64,000 nt of DNA from Nageia nagi (taxonomy: Eukaryota; Plantae; Pinophyta). Each line of letters begins with the position of its first letter. Position 1 is the stretch's first letter. The stretch lies in NCBI GenBank assembly GCA_050084985.1, contig JBITNC010000002.1:18910001-18974000 (forward strand), read 5' to 3'. Of the stretch, positions 55,501 through 64,000 are shown one piece after another. The notes below the pieces were generated by a model. The model saw only the letters and a list, made by a program, of their open reading frames with translations. It ran no database searches and was not told where the DNA came from. Both the position numbers and the translations under genes were made by a program.

Positions 55501-57357
55501 AAATCTTGGGCATAATATATATTCACACTAAAGGTCCATATATAACCCATGATATTTTTATTTTCCCTTAAAACTTCAAATTGATATTTTGAGAGATTTG
55601 TAGCTCCATTTGAGATATGTGAGTAGTCATTAGAAAGGTAATTTTGAGACCTATACAACCATATTGAAAAAATATATTTATAATATGTTTACTTTTATCA
55701 TAAAACCACTAAAACTTATAGTTGTTAGAACCTCCTTGAATCATAATATTAATCTTGGGCACTTCAAAATCTTCATTTTGTATTAGAGAGGATGTTTTCA
55801 TAGTGTTAAAACTTATATGAGAGCAAGTTATTAGACTTCAATATAGCTTTAAGAGAATCTGCACATATTAATAGCTTACTTAGACATGATACTATTTTTG
55901 GGTCTATATATAATTGAGAAAAATATATGGGGAATAAAACTTGCAGAAGAAAATAAAATATATAACCAAAAATAATCATATAAGAGATTAACATGATAGT
56001 TAATGAGGTCCACCCAATGTGGGCTACGTCCTTGGAGAAATAACCAATCAAATCTGTATTACAATATAAAATAATAGCATGATTATAATTTGCATCAACC
56101 CTAATGTACTAGATCTCCTCAATTTCTCACAAGCTTTCTCTCAAGCTCTCATATACTCAAAACCTTGTCATACATCTAAAATATTACAATTTCTTTCATG
56201 CAAAGTCCTCTTATATAGAAGCGTATATAATTTGTAACCTAATATTAATGGTCTATATTTTCCACTAAAAATACCCTCTCTAAAAATATATTTTTTATAA
56301 TAAAAATATTATTTCTAAAAAATGAATAAAAAAAGACCCAAAAACTTAGCTTGATTGTTGCTCAAGTAGGGAGGTTGTCACCCTCTTGTGATACCTATGC
56401 TATGCTTGGTATAAATAAGGGATCATGGTGTGCTCTACCATACACAATTACACACATGCACCTCCTTGGATAATAGGCTCCACACTTTAATAACTATGGA
56501 AAGAATTAAAGCTCTTCAAATCATTCAATCAAATAATTGAAGGTTAGTATCAGAGTTTGATAGCTTATGCCTTTATTTACCATCCTTCATATATAGTAAC
56601 CTACAAAGTGCTAATATTATATAGAATCATTAAGGCCTTCAAACTCAAAACCTATCATGCACACCATAAGATAAAAAATGAAAACTAGCATAAATATCTC
56701 TCTCAAATCTAACACCAAGCATAATACAATCATGTTATGCATGCATATTATACTCATAATCATATATTCCATATGCATCATGTGATAAACCATGATATCC
56801 TTTAAGAATGAATATCTTCAAGATCAATTAGAACTATAATTTAATGGTATCAATATATTATCTAAGTAATATTCCTCAGAGGTGAGAAATATGATCATTG
56901 ATTACTTTGAAAAATAATGTACAAAGTATAGATATAGTTTCTCATTAGAACTAGATTGTAACACAATTAATTGAGCAATGAAATTCTCATGACCAAACTA
57001 ATTTAATATAAATATGATCAAATCCTATTGAAATCTCAACTACACCACTAGAAAATACTTTTATCTTACTTAGCTAGATTTTAGGAACAAACAAAATCCC
57101 AACTCCCTACTTCTCTCACTCCTCCTAAACTGATTAAGTAGCTACCATTCATTGAGCCCCACATAGTATCTAGTTATTTTGGGAAATACATGGGATAGGA
57201 TGGATTCAATTGGCCATTCCACAAGTCAATTGACTTCTTCGCCAACCATAGAATAGAGGATATAGGACCATTTGGTTAGGAAGGGAATCCTACTCACTCT
57301 TGAGAACACTTGACCTATTATGCAACTAGTTAGTTAAGAGTCGTACTAGGAAAATAC

Positions 57358-57973
57358 TTTTAGGTTAAAAAAATTTTAGGTTAAAAAATTTTTTAGGTTA
57401 AAAAATTTTTTAGGTTAAAAAAATTTTAGGTTAAAAATTTTTTTTAGGTTAAAAAAAAATTTTTTAGGCTAAAAAATTTTTTTGTTAAAAATTTTTAGCT
57501 TAAAAAAATTTTTAGGTTAAAAAATTTTTAGGTTTAAAAAATTTTTTAGGTTAAAAAAAAAATTTAGGTTAAAAAATTTTTTTAGCTTAAAAAATTTTTA
57601 GGTTTTTTTAGCTTAAAAAATTTTTTAGGTTCAAAAAATTTTTTAGGTTAAAAAATTTTTAGGTTAAAAAAGTTATTAGGTTAAAAAAAATTTTAGGTTA
57701 AAAAATTTTTAGGTTAAAAAATTTTTAGGTTAAAAAATTTTTTAGGTTAAAAAAATTTTAGGTTAAAAAATTTTTTAGGTTAAAAAAATTTTAGGTTAAA
57801 AAATTTTTTAGGTTAAAAAAATTTTAGGCTAAAAAATTTTTTAAGGTTAAAAAATTTTTAGGTTAAAGAATTTTTAGGTTAAAAAATTTTTAGGTTAAAA
57901 AATTTTTTAGGTTAAAAAATTTTTTTAGGTTAAAAATTTTTAGGTTAAAAAATTTTTAGGTTAAAAAATTTTT
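57358..57973. repeat. Quasi-palindromic satellite (T4-8 AGGTT A4-9)n, ~15-17-bp unit, roughly 38 units
   Basis: Directly visible, with AGCTT and AGGCT variants. Absent from copy 1 of the duplication. Confidence 0.95.
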
Positions 57974-58486
57974 GCAATATCAGTAGCAGCATTGGAGAGA
58001 CATCTTAGAAAAGGAGAATACATCATCTAAACCAAAAAAGCTTATTTATTTCAAAATAAAAATTACAAGCTTATTCAAAATCTCTTATTCCAAAACATGT
58101 TTCAAGCTAGAAGCTTTCTTATGTTGGACTATGAGAGATAAAGGATAGTGAGCTCCATCCGAGTATAAATAAGCTCAACTCCATAAAAAATCTCAAATTA
58201 GGGTTTCTAAAAATAAAAAGTACCCATAAATGAGTTACGAGTAGGTGGAGGAGCATTTAAGTGTATGGTTTTAATTAATTAAAGCATCAAAAATTTAATA
58301 CTTTAATTTAATTAAAATTTACTATATAAGATTAAAAAATTAAATATATAAGATAAAATCTTAAACATATAGTTTTAAAATCTTAAATATAGCAAAAAAT
58401 TAATTAAAAAATTGGAAAAAATAATTTTTTACCAAATTAATAATTAATTTTTGAAGGTTATGGGAAATGGGTGTAAAAACTTAAAG

Positions 58487-58765
58487 TTTTAGGATTAGGG
58501 TTTTATAATTAGGGTTTTAGGATTAGGGTTTTAGGGTTAGGGTTTTAGGATTAGGGTTTTAGAATTAGGGTTTTAGGATTAGGGTTTTAGGATTAGGGTT
58601 TTAGAATTAGGGTTTTAGAATTAGGGTTTTAGGATTAGGGTTTTAGGATTAGGGTTTTAGGATTAGGGTTTTAGAATTAGGGTTTTTGGATTAGGGTTTT
58701 AGGATTAAGGTTTTAGAATTAGGATTAGGGTTTTAGGGTTAGGGTTTAGGGTTTAGGGTTTAGGG
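58487..58765 (+). repeat. Interstitial telomere-like array: (TTTTAG(G/A)ATTAGGG)n ending in (TTTAGGG)3
   Basis: About 18 14-bp units, then three perfect plant telomere repeats at 58745-58765. Confidence 0.95.
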
Positions 58766-61700
58766 TAGGTTAACTTTTCCACAACACATAATATTGATGG
58801 AAATACCTATCCATTATTGAGTACCAAGCTTTTAGAGCTTTCTTAAGGTCATAAAAGATTTTCTTCAACTTATAGACCACATGCTCTTTCCCTTTGATCT
58901 CAACTTATTAAGGTTGTTACACATACACCTTTTTATTCATGTAGCCATTAATAAATACACTCTTGAATTCACATGATGAATCTTACATCCTTTTTTTGTA
59001 GCTAAATAGAGAACCAAATTGATAATTCCTTATCTTGCTACTAAAGCAAAGGTTTCTTCATAGTCTATTTTATACTTTTGCATGAAGCCTTTTATCCAAG
59101 GTCTTCTTCAACTAGATCCCATGTATCAATTTTTTTGTGGATTTAATCTCATCCTCCATAACCTAAATCAATAAATGGTTATTGCATACATTTTCATAAC
59201 TAGATCATTCTATATAAATAATAGCCATTAAAAAATATTTTAAAATATTACCTCTAGGTTCTTCATCATCTTTATCACCATAAATGTTTAATCCTTTTTA
59301 AAACATGATGGAGTTCATATGCTTGATTTGTAGTGAGTATTATTTAGGAATTTTCATCTAACATTTGATAAGAAGGATGAGAAGAAAGTGGTATTTAACC
59401 TCTCCTTATGTTCACACCAATTAGTGAATCATCATTGTTACAAGGAAATCTTAAAGGAAGTGAATGTGCACTTGAAAAAGAGCTCTTTTATGAGCTTGGA
59501 ATGGAGAATTTGTGGGTCACATATTCATTATACTTATCATTGAAGTGTTAGGCTTAACATTTAATTAATTATCATCAATGAATCTATCATGCACCAATAA
59601 GTTTTTAATGATCATCCTTTCCCCCTTCATCCAAAATTACATCTCTTGGAATTACAACCTTGTGAGTCATTGGATTCAAGTAGTATCTTCACAATACCTA
59701 ATAAAATATATATGTTTGGATTTTTGGATAAAATTTCTTCCTTTTTGCATCAATTATGTGTGTATAATAGCATATTCCAAATTACTAAGAACTTTAAATT
59801 GATTGATGTTTAATTTTCACTCATACGATGCATCATTGGAGGTGATGCCTTCCAATGCATTAGTAGGACTTGTACCTAAAATATAGACAACAATAATACA
59901 AGAATCAACCCAATACATATTATTTAAAGTTTTTATTTGAAGCATACAACTAGTCATTTTAACAATTATTCTATTATTACATACAACCACACCATTTTGT
60001 TATGGGGTATAGGAATTTATGTGTTTCCCTTTTATCCTATAATCCTTACAAAATTAGAGGAAATCATTTTTAATTCTTAGATATTTTATAAAATATCCAC
60101 TTTGATTATTAATATTATTTTTGAGTTCTTTAAAAAATTCAAAATCTCAATCTTTTATTTTCAAGAAGTAAATTGAACATATTCTTGAAAAAATAATCAA
60201 TAAAAGTGAGGTTGTAAATATTGTTCACAAACTCTTTTTCTACATAGGCCTACATTTATTGGAATGTAATTGTTGAAGTGAAAAGCATACTCCCCATACT
60301 TTTCCTCTTGGAAAACTTGATCATGAGTGCTTTCCTAAAGCAAAACCTTCATAAGCTTCTTTATGGTATTCAACCTTGGGAAGCCCTTTTACCATTAATT
60401 TTGATATCAATAATTTCAAATAACACATATTTAGATAACCATATGTCAAGTTTTGTAGACAAATTTTATTCTCCATTACTACATTTGCAAGTTGGAGCCC
60501 TTGGCCAGTAACTTTTAGAGGAAACAACACATTCTTACTTATTGGAATTGTAGTAATTAGCCTATGATCATAATTTTCATCAAAAATTACATATTTAACA
60601 TCATCAAACACTAACTTATAATTATGTTTCATTATTTTATCAATACTTAATAAGGTGTTGTTTATATTTGTGAGTGTTATATATGTTATTTTATCAATTA
60701 ATGGTATCTTTCATAGTGTTTACATTCATTATCCCAATGCCCTCTAGTTGCAATTCCCTTTCATCTCCAAGATTAATCTTAGATGTGTAAGAGTTAACAA
60801 TTTTTGCAAGAAACTTGTCTTCATCAATCATGTGGTTAGAGAAACCCATGTAAAGGACCAATATCTCTTACATGTTTTTAACACCCTTTCTATAAGTCAA
60901 AAATAAATTTCAAGATTCATTATATTCTCCATAATTTGCACCAATTCTTTCTCTAGAGAAGCCTTTAGTCTACAATCTCTTTCATAATTACTAAACTTAT
61001 TGCAATAATAACATTACTTTTTTTATCATCTTTACCTCTACCTTGATCTCTTCCTTAACCTATTTCTTGCCTATCCCCTATTCTTCTTTATCTTCTTCTT
61101 GCTTGGTCACTTGCATAGGCAACACTCTCCTCTGATCCAAAAGCCTTCTCATTAGCACCTTCAATACTTGAAGATTCATGTAGTCTTTCTTCATGGGATA
61201 TCAATGAACTAATTAGATAATCAAAATTGAGAGTAGTAAGATTTTTTCTCTTTTGAATTATGATAGCAACATGGTTCCACTAAGGAAATTGAGTTCTTAA
61301 ATCCTTCTTTACAACTGCTTCATTGTTGATCTCTTCACCAAGAATCTTCATTTTGTTTATATAAAGACTACACTATTGCATAATAAATAGTCTCTAAATT
61401 TTTTATTTTCTTACATTTTGAGATTTTCAAAATCTCTCTTTAACATTTGAAGCTTTACTTACTTCATTTATGCACTACCTTAAAATATCCTTCTCTCAAA
61501 GCATTCTATGCTTCTTGAGTTGATGTACATAAATATATTCTTATAAAGATGCTCTTTTTCAAGCTTATTTAAAGGTGGTAGAGTGTACACTTATTCTTAT
61601 TTTTGGGTTCCTTTCAATTTTTTTTTTCTTGGTTGGGAGAGAACTTCAACCAACTAGTTCATTATAACCTTCCTTAGTATAAAAAAATTTAAAAACCCCT

Positions 61701-61975
61701 TCATATGAGGAGAGTTCTCATTTGGATACTTCATTACTCATAGTCATCTTCATTAAACTTTTAGATAGGCTATGAGTTATTGTTGTTGGAATCCATTACA
61801 GATTGCACAACAAAATTGCTTTGATGATAACTTTTGAGATAACATTATAAGTTTACATAAATTCACCCAAAAGACTATTTAATTCATTGACTTGATTGGA
61901 TTTGATACCATAATGAGAAATATGCTCATTGATTACTTAGAAAAATTAATTGCAAAGTATATAAATAGTTCTTTA

Positions 61976-64000
61976 TGAAGTTCTTTAACTATAACAAAAA
62001 AAAATGAATTGCCTAATAATTCACAATACAACTCAGAAAAATGAAATTGCACAACTCAACAACAATGGAGAACTGAAATTGAATCCAACATCAAATTGAT
62101 TATTGTGAATGCAAGCTACAACTCCAATACAACTCCACACACTTCTATGATGCTGCAGAATACATTACAAACATTTATAGAGGCTGTAGGTGACCTTTTC
62201 CCTTCAACCTAGAAGTTGAAACACCAAGAAACATGAACTGGAAAGCCACAGGAAGGAAAAATGTCATACATAGAAAACAGAACTAGCTGGTAGGCTGGCT
62301 GCTTAGCCGAGTGGCCGGTTCACTTATTCTAGTTGGTTGGTCGGTTACAGGTAGCCGATCGATTAGTCTTCAAATTCTTCATACTCCCCTTACTGGTAAG
62401 AGGACTAACAATCAAGTCTCTTAATAGCACAAATTGAGATTTTGCCATCGATTTTGTGAAGATATCCGCCACTTGGTCTTGTGTTGGACAATACCTCAAG
62501 TTTATCATTCCTTTCTCCACCAAATCTCAAATGAAATGAATCTTCAAATCAAAGTGCTTGGTTCTAGAATGGTGGATAGGATTGTGTGCCAACTTGATGG
62601 CACTTTGGTTGTCACAAAAAATTGTTGTTTCTTGAGTTTGCTCCTCTCCAATTTCTTTCAACACTTTTCTCAACCATAGTGCTTGTGTTGAAGCACTTGT
62701 CACAGCCACATACTTAGCTTTCGTACTAGAAAGAGCTACTGTAGATTGTTTTTGAGAGCTCCATGATATCAAACCTGATCCAAGAGAGAAGCAATTCCCA
62801 CTTGTGCTCTTTCTATCATCCAAATTGCTACCCCAATCACTATCACTGAAACCTGTGAGTTGGAGCTTAGAATCACATGTATAATGTATTCCATAATCAA
62901 TGGTTCCCTTCACATACCTTAGTATTCTTTTTGCTGCCTTGAGATGTACAGCAGATGGATCACTCATGTATCTTGCCATCAAAGATACACTAAATTGCAA
63001 ATCCGGTCTTATGTTTGTCAAAAACATAAGACTGCCAACAATGCTCCTATATTGCTTTTTGTCAACTTTTGGTTCTCCATCCTCCTTACAAAGGTGTTCT
63101 CCATGGGCTATAGGTGTTGCTATAGGTGTGTAATTGTCCATTTTGAATCTTTTGAGCATGTCTCTTGCATATTTGGATTGAGACACAAAGATTTCATCTT
63201 GCGTTTGATGCACCTCCAAGCCAAGAAAGTAGCTCATCAAACCAAGATCTTTCATGTCAAACTTAGCGATCATATGAGTTTTGAAATCTTCATTCATCTT
63301 CTTATTATTGCCCATGAATATCAAATCATCTACATACAAGCAAACAATCAAAATATCAGTAGCACTTTTCTTAAAATACAAGGTAGGTTCACTTACACTT
63401 CTTTGAAAACCCACACTTTTGAAGTATACATCAAATCTTGTATACCAAGCTCTTGGAGCTTGCTTCAGCCCATATAGTGCCTTCTTGAGCTTGTATACAT
63501 GGTCTTCTATTCCTGAAACCTCAAAACCTTGAGGTTGTGCTACATACACCTCTTCATTGATGTCACCATTCAAAAATGCACTTTTCACATCCATGTGTTG
63601 GACTGTCCAACCCTTACTTGTTGCCAAAGAGAGTGCCAATCTGATTGTTTCTTGTCTTGCAACCGGTGCAAATGTCTCCTCAAAATCCACTCCATACTGC
63701 TGAGTGAATCCCTTTGCCACTAGCCTTGCTTTGTACCTCTCAACACTACCATCACTCTTGCATTTTTTTTTGTACACCCATTTGGAACCAACCATTTTCT
63801 TACCTTTGGGCAACTTGCAAAGTTCCCAAGTATCATTTCTTTCAATAGCATCAATCTCTTCTTTCATAGCTTGCATCCAAACACCATTAGAACAAGCTTC
63901 TTCATAACAAGATGGCTCAACAATAGCAATATTTGTATTTGAAATAGAATTTGAAACACATGAAACAGCATAATTTACCACTTCACCTTTGGGCTCTCCA
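61976..64000 (-). mobile_element. Young Ty1/copia retrotransposon, 3' part: 3' LTR 61976-62381, PPT 62382-62391
   Basis: 406-bp LTR with TGAAG...CTTCA termini and PPT AAGGGGAGTA. Inserted after CTTTA (61971-61975); the empty site is visible in copy 1 (~24219-24230). Confidence 0.95.
62329..64000 (-). pseudogene. Copia pol (reverse transcriptase and RNase H) with a premature stop
   Basis: KARLVAKG, HMDVKSAFLNG, LYGLKQAPRAW, YVDD, FSDSDW, CDNQSAI, ADIFTK. An in-frame TGA at 62527-62529 (HFI*DLVEK) splits ORFs 62527-63981 and 62329-62523. Confidence 0.95.

Larger units (their letters stand above)
53078..61975 (+). repeat. Segmental duplication block X, copy 2
   Basis: Colinear with 15599-24225, except that 57361-58790 replaces ~19787-21070. 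Ends at the young Copia insertion. Confidence 0.95.
56883..61975 (-). mobile_element. Duplicate of the old Ty1/copia element, interrupted by the filler DNA and the young Copia
   Basis: LTR edge TGAGAAATATG at 56883 and 61914, PBS TGGTATCA on - at 61903-61910, and internal sequence matching 21040-24161. Confidence 0.85.

Noticed and set aside
57358-58765. CRISPR-like array or true chromosome end
   Set aside because: No unique spacers and a eukaryotic context; duplicated genomic sequence resumes immediately after the telomeric repeats, so the site is interstitial.
62434-63907. Plus-strand ORFs overlapping Copia pol
   Set aside because: Antisense shadows of the RT/RNase H frame.

Overview
AT-rich, strongly CpG/CHG-depleted plant nuclear DNA; a large-genome seed plant such as a gymnosperm is my inference. 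It holds one intact gene, a three-exon R2R3-MYB (13106-14625, +, 440 aa) of the [10 protein letters not shown] clade (AtMYB39/41/93/102-like). The rest is mostly nested retroelement relics: two Tat/Ogre-like Ty3/gypsy elements with an antisense plant mobile domain (PMD) ORF, an old Copia, a young Copia cut by the window end, and an L1 relic. Three duplications overlie these: (i) an ~8.6 kb block at 15.6-24.2 kb repeated at 53.1-62.0 kb; (ii) a five-copy ~1.75-1.8 kb tandem array (41.2-50.0 kb) made from an LTR/PBS junction; (iii) a much older pair of CpG-retaining, apparently non-coding islands (27.6-28.5 and 51.15-52.1 kb). The most striking feature is in the second copy of the large block: ~1.25 kb is replaced by a quasi-palindromic satellite, a spacer and a telomere-variant array ending in three perfect TTTAGGG. 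It is rejoined through microhomology and a templated patch, which looks like a double-strand-break repair scar. I see no clear new multi-gene system. Identities and counts are by-eye estimates and TE boundaries are approximate.
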